Below are positions 17,450 to 29,026 of a DNA stretch of 64,000 nt, one piece after another (position 1 is the stretch's first letter; every line of letters begins with the position of its first letter). Location: assembly GCA_903813345.2 (NCBI GenBank), contig CAIIXF020000001.1, positions 34,782,001 through 34,846,000 of the forward strand, given 5' to 3'. The notes under the pieces were generated by a model. That model worked only from the letters and a program-made list of their open reading frames with translations, made no database searches and was not told the origin of the DNA. The translations under genes and the position numbers were made by a program. This DNA is from Owenia fusiformis (Eukaryota).

Positions 17450-17989
17450 CACTGCTACCCACCTAATTACACAGACGTATCGTCGGTGTATCATGGCGGA
17501 ACTTCCTCCGGGACTAGGTTTCGGTAAGATTTTTTTATTTCCCGATTTACACCTACTTATAAGTCACTTTGTGGATAATAATTTGGCTCGAAGTTAAGGA
17601 AGATAGTCTAGTTTGAGAATGTGTCGATGGTTTTAGGTTTTATATGTTAACAAAAACACAATTCACGTATTTAGTCCCTCGCTTTTCTTACACTGACGAA
17701 CGACCAATATCAGTGTAATATTGGCAATATTAATGCCGATCGTCAGTGTAAGAAAAGCGAGGGACTAAATACGTGAATTGTGTCTTTGTTAACATATAAA
17801 ACCTAAAACCATCGACACATTCTCAAACTAGACTATCTTCCTTAACTTCGAGCCAAATTATTATCCACAACGTGACTTATAAGTAGGTATAAATCGGGAA
17901 ATAAAAAAATCTTACCGAAACCTAGTCCCGGAGGAAGTTCCGCCATGATACACCGACGATACGTCTGTGTAATTAGGTGGGTAGCAGTG
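17450..17989. mobile_element. Near-perfect 540-bp palindromic MITE with CACTG termini
   Basis: aagaa|cactgctacccacctaattac ... gtaattaggtgggtagcagtg|aagaa; arms about 250 bp. TSD is either 5 bp (aagaa) or 2 bp (aa). Confidence 0.9.
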
Positions 17990-18409
17990 AAGAAGGCAAA
18001 GTAAGGAAAACATGAAACTAGTCATGTGTATGACAAGAAAGCATGTGACCAAATGATATAGGATCTACTTTGTACTCATGAAAAAACAAGAGTACATATA
18101 TATCATACATTCTTGTATGGAAAGGGCAGGGTCTAAGCATCTTTTTTCTGTGAAAGTAATTTTTTTATATGGGAGGGCCCAGAAACAGAACTGAAATAAA
18201 AAGACATTGGACATTTTATTCCAATGCTGAAATATGAGCCAGTTTAATCCTTTGATATATTACTTTCATAAAAACATTGAGATTTTGACCCAGTTCCAAT
18301 GACAGGTGTACAAATAGTGAACAGGAAGTAGTCATCAAAATATGTACCATATTTTTATAATTATTTTCATAAATAATATATATTAATAAAAGTGATTCCT
18401 TAAAATCAG

Positions 18410-19295
18410 GATATCCTCTTTTATCCCATGATTAATGTGTTATCTGTACACTAACAGCTATTGATATTTCTGATATTATTGAAATCCGTGTGATATTTTC
18501 CAGAAAATCATTTATCAAACTCATATGCGTGTGATATCGTTTATCTCACGCATATCCATGTGATATCACATTTGCATTTCGCGCCACAATATTGTTGGAA
18601 ATTAGGTCAGATAATTTACTCTCTTTTGAGAAAATAGGTCTGCCAGTGTCCTGGAAATTGGATCAGAACATCACAAGGTGATTGTAATCATGGGATAAAC
18701 CCAATATCACATAATTTCTCGTAGAGATATCAACTCGGCGATAAAAATGATATCACTCAAAATGATGTGATATTCTGTATTTATCCCACGATTAATGTGT
18801 TATCTGTACAATAACAGCTATTGATATTTCTGATATCATTGAAATCCGTGTAATATTTTCCAAAACAAATCGTTTATCAAACTCATATGCGTGTGATATC
18901 GTTTATCTCACGCATATCCGTGTGATATCACATTTGCATTTCGCGCCACAATATTGTTGGAAATTAGGTCAGATAATTTATTCTCTTTTGAGAAAAAAGG
19001 TCCGTTAATTTATTCTCTTTAAGTTTCATTGGTGTATTAAATTACGATTGTGTATATAATTTGATTAGAAGGCTGCTAAATAACGATTAAAAATTGTATT
19101 TATGACGAACTATATCACAAGGTGATTGTAATCATGGGATAAACCCAATATCACATAATTTCTCGTGATATCATTTTATCGCCTCGTAGATATCAAATAT
19201 CAACACTCACTCGCTTCGCTCACTCGTGTTGATATTTGATATCAACTCGGCGATAAAAATGATATCACTCAAAATGATCTGATATTCTGTATATA
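18410..19295. mobile_element. Crypton-like non-autonomous element with internal tandem duplication and subterminal hairpin
   Basis: About 360-bp unit duplicated (18420 and 18780); long hairpin 19165-19268 centred on cactcgcttcgctcactcgtg. The layout resembles recalled CryptonV-type repeats; the family call is unverified. Confidence 0.5.
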
Positions 19296-20669
19296 TATTA
19301 TGTAAAAGGAGTGATAGAATAGCGTATTATACAAATATTTAATTGTATTGAGGTGAATACTTGTGCATCTTTCACAAGTGATATTCCATGTAGCCCGATG
19401 ATAACGTCAATACACAGGGAACTTTATAATTTGATGATATCATGATATCTTGTATGAGGAATGGACTTGGATCACAGCAAAGTAAGGGTTTCATCAAAGG
19501 GCCAGAAGTGTGAAATGAAGGTTTAATACCTTTCGCATCGTTGTAGAATGAAACACACAACTATTTACACAATTTCCTATTTATTAGGTATCATCTGCAA
19601 TAAAGAAATATGAAAAATGATATAAATGAATATGCAACATGGCTTACGTAGTTAAGAAAATATCATGAATTCAAATTCAAATATGACCGTGAAATACAGT
19701 ACCAGAAATATTTGTACAATATTCATAGCCACACCTCCCTAAACAATAAAATCATTTATAATTTCTATTTATTTCACCAAGCACAGGTGAAAAAAAACAG
19801 TACTTTATTATGTATTACATTTCAACTTAAGACTTTATTACATTAAAATACGATATATTATAAAATATATAGTCTCCCACTTCTTGCTTACATTGCTTGT
19901 ATCGTTTATAGCGTAATGGAAGGTAAATATCATTACTTGTATCAAAATTGTATCACATTTTTGTGTTATCATGAGTGTAGCTCTGGCCTGTAAAGTAGGA
20001 GCTCTCTAACTGGGGTCTAGGATTGATGTTATTTGGTATAACTGCAGTGTCTAATGCATCAAACAATGTTACAATGTTTTTCAAATTTCACAAATATCCC
20101 CATGTATACTGTGTATAAAAGGCACTAATATTATCTTTTATACATTAAGCAATCTACTACTAATATTTTAATGTCAGTAAATTAATTTCATGACTAAAAA
20201 TGAATCTGAATGGATCCACAAAATATTATTTGTCCAATAAAAGAAAAGATATTTCACTTTTTGTGATTTTATAACGTGAGGTCTATGGGGAATTTCCCCA
20301 ACCTAGAACTCACATTTCTAAAGAAAATTGAATTTTCAAAGTTGATTGAAACCATATTTCTAGATGTATTTTACATGCAGATTTCAAATATGCTATCGGA
20401 TTTTGAATATCTATTAATGTAAATCAAGATTATTTCTACTCGCATCTGGGCTATTGAAAATTGCAAGCCTGTGAATAATACATGATTTACAAGCTTTACA
20501 ATGAATTGACAAGCCAGAATAATAGGTTTGACTTTTAAGTACAATATTGTTTGGAATTTTGATGCAATCTTCATTGGAGTCACATGTTATTTTCAAATGT
20601 GAACTCCTCTTTCCCCACATTGTCTACATGTTTCAATTTTTATTGTACCTAATAAAGGTATTATTCTCA

Positions 20670-21330
20670 CTTTTCAGCTTGTCCACAGGTTTCCAGCCAA
20701 ACAATTTGACAGATTCATTTGAAATTTTCAGGAATGTTTCTACGTATCAAAGTTAAGAACTGATTAGTTTTTGGGCATACTGGGTAAATTTTAAGGTGGC
20801 CATTTTGGATTTTCCGTCCTAAAATCTTCACTTTCAAGACTTGTCTACAGGTTTCCAGCCAAACCATTTGATGGATTCATCTGAAATTTTCAGGGATGTT
20901 TCTACGTATCAAAGTTAAGAACTGATTAGTTTTTTGGCATTCTGGGTAAATTTTAAGGTGGCCATTTTGGATTTTCTGTCCTAAAATCTTCACTTTCAAG
21001 ACTTGTCTACAGGTTTCCAGCCAAACCATTTGACGGATTCATTTGAAATTTACAGGGATGTTTCTACATATCAAAGTTAACAACTGATTAGTTTTTGGGC
21101 ATTCTTGGTTAATTTTAAGGTGGACATTTTGGATTTTCCGTCCTAAAATCTTCACTTTCAAGACTTGTCTACAGGTTTCCAGCCAAACCATTTGATGGAT
21201 TCATCTGAAATTTTCAGGGATGTTTCTACGTATCAAAGTTAAGAACTGATTAGTTTTTGGGCATTCTGGGTAAATTTTAAGGTGGCCATTTTGGATTTTC
21301 CGTCCCAAATTCTTCACTGTCACACTGCTG
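20670..21330 (+). repeat. 162-bp tandem array (about 4 units) related to the family C satellite
   Basis: Period 162 (aaaatc at 20821 and 20983). Shares ttttggattttccgtcctaaaatctt and aactgattagtttttggcattctgggtaaat with the 50-kb array. Sits inside a degenerate copy (about 20548-21525) of the 28065 MITE. Confidence 0.85.
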
Positions 21331-21656
21331 TGTTTTAGGTACGATATTGTTCATGTCTGTGCCTTGTTACAAAGAGTGCACCGATGTACCTTGAAAAGAG
21401 TCTAGAGAAGATTTTTTTTAATAAAATGTATGGACAATTCAATGAACTACTTCTTGTACCTTTTGTGGGGAAAGGATGAGTTCATATTTAAAAGTAACAT
21501 GTGCCACTGAGGATTGCAACAAAATGGCCCTAAATATACACTGACCTTAATACAGTAAATATATCACAATAGTTCCTCGAAAAATACACAGAAGCATATA
21601 GATGAGTAGCAAAATTGGTCAAAACATTTCCTCTTATGAACCTATTACACAAATAG

Positions 21657-24600
21657 CTAGGGTATCTCCTCATATGCTTGCATAAGAAAGTCAGCAGGGA
21701 CCAATCCAAACTTGCCACAAGAAAGCTGCCCCACCCACCAGCTATAATCATCATAATCCTTGTTCATTATGTAGATTAAATCTCCTCTTTTGAACTCAAG
21801 TTCATCCTTCCCATCAGCCTTACAGTCCCATAGTCCCATATAGACATTCTCAAAGTCAATATCTCCCATGATGCCCTTTTGGCCAGGTAGCCTGAAACTT
21901 GGAAGGGGTTTTAAGTAGGCATCAGGTGTTATTGGTGTTGATGAGTGTGGGGGTTCAACACCTCTTTCAAGGCTATCTGTCGGGATTAAATCTGGAGAAG
22001 GCACAGGCGGTGCTTTCACAGTAGGCATTGAAGAGCATTCCTCATAAATATCATCAGCTGTTGCATCTTCGGTTGGTACACTGACCTCATCTGTATCATC
22101 ATATACATCCTCTGTGACTATAATTTCTACTTTGTTATCCACTTTGTCCACTTCATTAGCTGATGGAAGTGGTGGAGCTTCTGTGTCTGCGTAAAAATCA
22201 TCAGTATTAAAAGGGCTGGGATTATCAGTGTCTTCGTAAATATCATCACCAGCCTCAACTGGCTCTGGCGTAATGTTGGCAGGGGGGATAGGTGAAACCA
22301 TCACTTTTTTGTTGATTGTTTGATCATCTGTGTTTGTAGATTCCTCATCGTCACTTACTGTAACATAGAATACTAATACAATTCATATAATACTACTGAT
22401 TACTCACATTTCAAAATTCTTCCTGAATTCTACAAATAACTTCATTGGAAAAATCTTTTGGAAGGAAGAGCTAACTCTTCTAAATTTTACAAATCTGTGA
22501 AACTTTGTATCTTAAATTCCTACATGTTCAGCTTTTTGCTTTGATTTTTTAATGCAGTAAAACCTGTAAAGTGGAACACCCCTTGACGTGAAAAACCTCT
22601 GTAAGTGGAAAACTTTTTAGAGTCCCAAGACCAACTGACTTAATGTTAAATGAACCTCTATGTATTGGACAGGAGGAACTTATAATATCCAACATCATTT
22701 ACTGTTAACCTACCTGATAGTTTATCTCTGCTTGGAGAGTGGGGTAAGCTTGGTATACCAGAGGATTTACTGAAACTCTCCAACCAGTCATTTAGCTCAT
22801 CCTTACTATGAGCAACAAACTAAAAGAGAAACAGAAGCAGAGTGAATAAAAATCATATCATGAGTAAATTATAGGATGTTCTATTTATTCCATGGTTAAA
22901 GGGTGCTTGTCATGCTCTTAATCTCTAATTAAAACGACTGACTTGCCATTGTTACTGTCAGCCTCGTTTTTAGACAAGTAGCAAAACTCAGATGGTGCTA
23001 TGTATCTCAGTATCTCAAGGTTTTAAAGCCATATTTCAAACCAAGCCAAGAGCTCAATTTTGTCAACATTGTTTATAGTAAATGTTTTACCTGGTATGTT
23101 CTCTCTCCAGGCTTGACTAGACCAAAACTGTTATCTCTTTTCCCACCTCCAGCTCTTGCCTCATAACCTAAAAATACACATTTTTATCAAAATTCATGAA
23201 GAAATGTCTTTAAAAGGTAGTTTAAAGCCTACAGGGGCATAAGTCATGATCTAAAACTAAAGTAGGGATTTATATAGGATGAAAAATGTCTGCTTTAATA
23301 TTCAATGTCTCACATCTGTGATATTTTGGTGAGGCAATTGACCCCCCCCCCCTTCTCATACATGGCTACATTCATGGCCTCTGTAATGTGTTCATGATAG
23401 CTAGTAATTAGTAGAAATTAATATTCAATCAGATAAAAATGTTTAATTTGATTAAAATGTTTGAGGTTAGATTATTCCAAATGTGGAGGATGAAAAATTA
23501 CCATGATGTGTACAAATTTTATTGTAGTTGAGGAGATAACCATTTCAATGACTGCAGTTAATGCATTACTTGAAATTGCTTAAATTAGAATAAATTGTAC
23601 ATTCATTCCCTAACAACAAAGAGATTTTTAAATTATGTAATAGTACAATATTATTAATTTAAATAAAAAGTTTTCAATTAAAACACTTTCAATAAAATTT
23701 AAGATGAAAATGTGTACCTGCTATACTGAAATGCCCACACTGCTTCAAGTCTGATGCACTGGTGAAATAGTAAAATGTGGTATCCTTCAAGACACACCAT
23801 CTTTTCTGATAGGGCTGAAGTCTTGCTATCAATTTATTCACATCTGGAATAACATTCACAATTTGGTTACTGATGAATAAATGCAACGTAATTATTTTTT
23901 CAATTATGTCCGTATAAAAAAGGTTCTCTTGGAAATTAATCCGTGAAAAAGTACCCGCCCTCCTTTTTGCAGACGATATAGTCCTTACTGCTGACTCAGA
24001 GTTACAATTGCAAGAAATAACTCAATAATAACTCAAATACCAGTGAACGGATTTGGTTCAAATTTTATATGATGATGCTTAGGGACACAGTAGCTATGTT
24101 CGACAAAAAATTTTCAAGATGGCCACTTAATTTCAAAATGGCGGCAATTTTTCGTAAAAAACGTAATCTTTGATAACTCAAATACCAGTGAACAGATTTG
24201 GTTGAAATTTTATATGATTATGCCTAGGGACACAGTAGCTCTGTTCAAGAAATAATTTTCAAGATGGCGGCTGAATTTCAAGATGGCGGCCAATTTTCGT
24301 AAAAAACGTAATCTTTGATTACTCATATACCAGTGAAAGGATTTGGTTCAAATTTTATATGATGATGCCTAGGGACACAGTTGCTATGATCGACAAAGAA
24401 TTTTCAAGATGGCCGCTTTATTTCAAAATGACGGCAATTTTTCGTTAAAAAAAACGTAATCTTTGATAACTCAAATACCAGTGAACGGATTTGGCTCAAA
24501 TTTTATATGATGATGGCTAGGGACACAGTTGCTTTGTTCAAAAATGAATTTTCAAGATGGCCACTGAATTTAAAAATGGTGGCCATTTTTCATTAAAAAA

Positions 24601-27600
24601 ACATAAAATTTTGATAACTCTAATACCAGCGAACACAGTAGGGACACAGTAGCTCTGTTCGAGGAAGAATTTTCAAAATGGCAGCTGAATTTCAAAATGG
24701 TTGCCATTTTTCTTAATTCAAATTTTATATGCTGATACCTAGGGACACTATAGCTCTGTTCGAGAAAGATTTTCAAAATGACTGCAGAATTGGCGCCATT
24801 TTTAGCAAAAAAGAATGTAATCTTTGATAACTCAAATTTTAATTTATGGATATGGTTTACATTTTATATGTTGATGCTTAGGGACAAACAAGCTCTGCTC
24901 AAGAAGGAATTTACAAGATGGCCACTAATAATCTAAATATGTTTTGTTCCGTAGGATTTGCTACTCCGTGGAGTTGCTGTTTTTCTAGTTATGCCTATTT
25001 AAAGTATGATATGCCAAAAGGTCTGCACAAAGACATCTTAAATGAGTTATCTAACCTCTATCATAATAATAATGAAATCTCATGGAAATTTTTCTCTAAT
25101 ATTCAATCAATTTTCACAAAGAATGGGTTAGATGGTGTTATGTTAAGGAATGACAGAGACTCAGGTATTCATCCTTTCTCTCAATATCTAAGGAAGAGCA
25201 TCAGAACAAATTCTTGAAGGCAATAAGTGAGAAATCATCTTTGACCACTTATCGTGACCTTCAGCCTAGTGCACTTGGCAGGGAGGACTATTTGTGCTCC
25301 ACCTCTGACTTTTATGGCTAGAAGATTAAACTTAAGGCTCGTCGTGGCTGTTTTAGCACTAATGTTGATCTAAGTAGACAAGGCAAATGCAAAGATATAT
25401 GTACTTTATGTGACTTCAACTACCGCGATACAATTGATCATAGACTGTTTGAATGTCCAGCCGACCACTTTATTAGACATGAACTCATGCTTGACTTTAA
25501 AAATGCTTGTAATAGTGAAATGTTCTCATATTTCTTGCAATTGTCACTGCAGGAAAAAACTAAATGGGTACTGGGTTCATGTAACAGAGATATTTGGGGT
25601 CACGACCTAGCCAGAAAATTTGATGCTTGGTCAAAGCGATTTTTAGTCAAATTATACACTGCCATTAAAGGAAGATTGTATGACATGTAATCACTTTTTA
25701 TGCGTATGTATATCTTTAATATGTATGTTTTACTACATAGATGTAACTGTAAAAATGCTGCACTACAAGTTTGTATGTGCCACTGTTCTAAAAGTGTTTT
25801 AGCAAATAAATAAATAAAATTACAAATTTGGATATACTTGGGTACACTGTATATCAGGTTTTCGAAAGATTTATGACGTTGATGTCAATGGATTCATAAT
25901 TGTTTTTAAAAAAACTTGCCCACAATTCTGCTTTACATATATTGGATGATAACATAAAAACGCTGATTTTTCTATCAAACAGGTAAAATCTATTACCTTT
26001 TTTTCGTCGTTTATCCAGCCATCCTGTCTTGATAGCCCCCATAGTAGCAATCTCTGCAGAGACAACATTAGACCCTGGCACCACTGAAAAATCATAATTG
26101 AAACTTTTCCTCATTATGAACTACAATTCAGTTAACATCATTTATACAGGAATTATTTATACAGGAATTAGTTCCCTTTCATATCATCCAAAGCCTCACT
26201 TGAACCTAATTTGGCCAAATGAACATTTATATGCCAATAACATCTATTGCAAAATACTTATGCTGCATGTATACTGACTTTGATAACATTTGACCCTTTC
26301 GTTAGAAGGAAGTAATTATCCCTAAATTATTTCTTAAGCCCTTGGTAACCCTTAATTATCATTTTTAACAAATGTCAGGTTGTTACTAATAAATGTTGGA
26401 CATGTACCAGTTGGTACTTGAACTTTTACTAAGTAGACATCATAATTCTTAATTTCATAAAACATCAGTTGTAACAATTAATAATTTACAGACAGAATGA
26501 ATATGTAAACAGTTATACAAGTAATATGCAAAGTATGTTGTTTTGATTTCTATTTAAACATTTAAAAGTTACATCTTATTTCATTGATAGTAGTTTTGAC
26601 AGAATTAAGCGTGACACTCTTTCTGATCTATCTTTGACAGAAAGTGATGATTTTTGATAAAATCTGGACTGTACAATCTCTAATTAATTTCTGACTGACA
26701 CACAAATAAAATATTAAATCCACATCAATTCTGAGTTACTTTGTAAATTAATTCATCTTTTAAAGCTGCTGTTTGCCCCGAAACGCAATCTTGGGTTGTT
26801 TCGGGGGTGAACTTTATCATTTTGAGCTTAATGAAAGATTATAGAATGATGAACAAATGGGGCAAATCTTGTGTACAAATACTTACGATAAATGTGTCAT
26901 TACAAAGATTGTTCATTGAATTGCTTCGATTGTCGATGGCGATATGATTTTTGGAAGGTTTCTAAATTAAGAACGTGACGTCACTGTTATAGCATTTAAC
27001 ATTAGTGGCTTTTAATAACCCTTCATAACAAATTGGTAGCCTTGTGGTAGAATGCTCGCAAAACATAAACTTTATATTAGAGCTTGAAAATGTAAAAACA
27101 ATAAATGTCAACATATTGCGTTTTGGAGCGATGTGCAGGTTTAATAACATCTTCTTAGCATCTCACAATGATCTAAATGTACAAAGAGACTTAGTTTTGG
27201 AAGTTTTTTAAATTCAACCCTGTTGATGCCATTACATTGCTTTTCAACTTGCAACATGGTCTGATATTGTGATCTTGATTTTTATTTTAAGCTCATCTGA
27301 TGGGAGAACTGTATTAGTGTATCTATCCATGGAAAATTAGCAAGAAATTAACCAGGGCAAAAATAGTACAAGCAAAATTTTAAATCTGAGACAGTACCAT
27401 TCAAAACATGGTAAAGATACTTTTATTTCTCAAAGATTATCAAACAATACTGTTATAAGTGGATATTTAAGGGAATTTAGAAAATATTAACTTTGTAAGT
27501 TGGACTTACCAGGAAATTATTCTTTAACTAGGTCAAGGTCATGTGTCAAAATCTAAGCCAATCAATTCATCCCTAATTTTAAGAAGCTACTCACTGTCTC

Positions 27601-28823
27601 CATATTCATCTGAGGCGACACTCTCCTCATCAATTCTGTCTATTGTGGTGCTACTCTTAGACTGAGCATTTGAACTTAAGCTTTTATCGGAGAGGGACTG
27701 GCACTCATCGTAAACTTCATCAGTGTTAGGTGGTATTTTTCCATCTACTCCTGATGGTGATACAGCACTAGTATCAGTGTAGACATAATCACCTGGAGAA
27801 AAATATTACATCGAAAAAAGTTTCATTTAGCAGAATGGATTCACGCAAACACCTCTTAAAAGTGAGCACTTAGAAATGTGGCACTTGGTCTATTCCATTT
27901 GCGTTGAGTATATTCTATTGACAACTGTGTTATTAGAACTTTTAAATGTGAACATCCCTCAATTAAGTCATTAAGTCAGCCCCAGCTGAGTGTTCATATA
28001 AGACAGGTTTGATGGTTTATGCAAATGGCGATCCTTCTGTAGGATTTGCCAGACTGGTTAAGATCAGGGTGCAGGTTCGGAATTTTGCTGCAACCCTCAA
28101 TAGGGTCACATGTTATTTTCAAATTTGAATCACTCCTTCCCCACAATGTCTACATCTCTCACTTTTGTGCAACGAGTGCACTATTGCACCTTCAAAAGAA
28201 TGTAGAGAAGAATGTTTTGATAAAATGTATAAAAAAGAAGAACATTTTCTCGTTTTTTATACATTTAAAAAAACAAATCTTCTCACCAGTCTTTTCTAGG
28301 CACACAAGTGCACTCTTTGTGCAAAACTGGAAGATGTAGACAATGTGGGGAAGGAGTGATTGTTGTTTGAAAAATAACATGCGACTCAATTGAGGAATGC
28401 AGCAAAATTCCGAACATGCACCCTGGCCTTAAAATCTTACCAGCGTCAAAAAGTTGAGTGCCAGAGGATGTCACTATCGGTTTCTTGCTTGGGTTTGGGT
28501 CGACAACATGTTCGAGGTGAAGTTGAGGGAATTCATCACGGATAACACCAATTGCCTCAACAATACTGTCACGTTCTTCTATGTTTGGCTTGCACAGATG
28601 TTCAGATTTGAGAGAAATTATGAGAAACTTTTCCACATCTGAAAATGTAAAATTTGCATCTACGTAATATCTTTTCATATCTAAATACAGGAATAAAACT
28701 TCTAGACTATTTATTTATATGTTTTTCTGTAAAAACAGTTTCAATTTTACTATTTGTCATTTGTGAGGAAAATGTTTCCCTACCTTGAAGAACATTTCTT
28801 ATTTTCTCGTGAAATTTAGACAT
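21657..28823 (-). CDS. SKAP2: SKAP1/SKAP2-like adaptor (N-terminal dimerisation helix, PH domain, acidic Tyr-rich linker, C-terminal SH3), about 510 aa, 8 exons
   Basis: Exons 28823-28784 (MSKFHEKIRNVLQ), 28638-28441 (DVEKFLIISLKSEHL...), 27792-27595, 26083-25997 (IKTGWLDKRRKK), 23843-23718 (YQKRWCVLKDTTFYYF), 23167-23091 (PGERTYQ), 22819-22714 (FVAHSKDELNDWLESF), 22357-21657 (YMGLWDCKADGKDELEFKRGDLIYI...WWVG...GLVPADFLMQAY). All GT-AG, phases consistent, 1533 nt in total. IRNVLQDVEKF resembles SKAP2 IRNLLADVETF. Probably a co-orthologue of SKAP1 and SKAP2. Confidence 0.85.
24020..24990 (+). mobile_element. HINE-like element family B with a ~146-bp tandem array
   Basis: About six copies of a unit starting ataactcaaataccagtgaac; 3' end ggatttgctactccgtggagttgctgttttctagtt has the same hairpin-plus-ctagtt layout as family A. 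The same end recurs reversed at 63510-63550. Confidence 0.65.
24991..25820 (+). mobile_element. Degenerate non-LTR retrotransposon 3' end
   Basis: Frame GREDYL...FYG*KIKLKARRG...ICTLCDFNYRDTIDHRLFECPA has the CxxC...HxxxxC knuckle of LINE ORF2 C-termini, an in-frame stop, and an (AATA)n tail at 25805-25820. Confidence 0.75.
28065..28425. mobile_element. Foldback MITE (cagggtgca...tgcaccctg) in SKAP intron 2
   Basis: Imperfect arms of about 125 bp; a related decayed copy lies at about 20548-21525. No clear TSD. Confidence 0.7.
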
Positions 28824-29026
28824 TTTCACAAGTTTTATATCCAAAATGTTGATGTCATCGCAATGATCGAATCATGAGATTTAGCTAAGATTATAGTTAT
28901 TATGCATATGCAGCCTCCGAATAAGGAGGAAACAATGAATAATGAAACAATTTCATTAAATGTTTTCCTGATTTTTACTTCCTGGTTCTGCCGGATTACG
29001 CATTTCCTTTTAGAAAAAAATTAAAA
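28824..29026. promoter_or_regulatory. Probable bidirectional promoter between the SKAP-like gene and TATDN1
   Basis: About 203 bp between divergent ATGs (28823 and 29027); ETS-like acttcctg near 28977. Confidence 0.6.

Noticed and set aside
19372..19560. 62-aa ORF between TMEM234 and SKAP
   Set aside because: No recognisable family or supporting exon structure.
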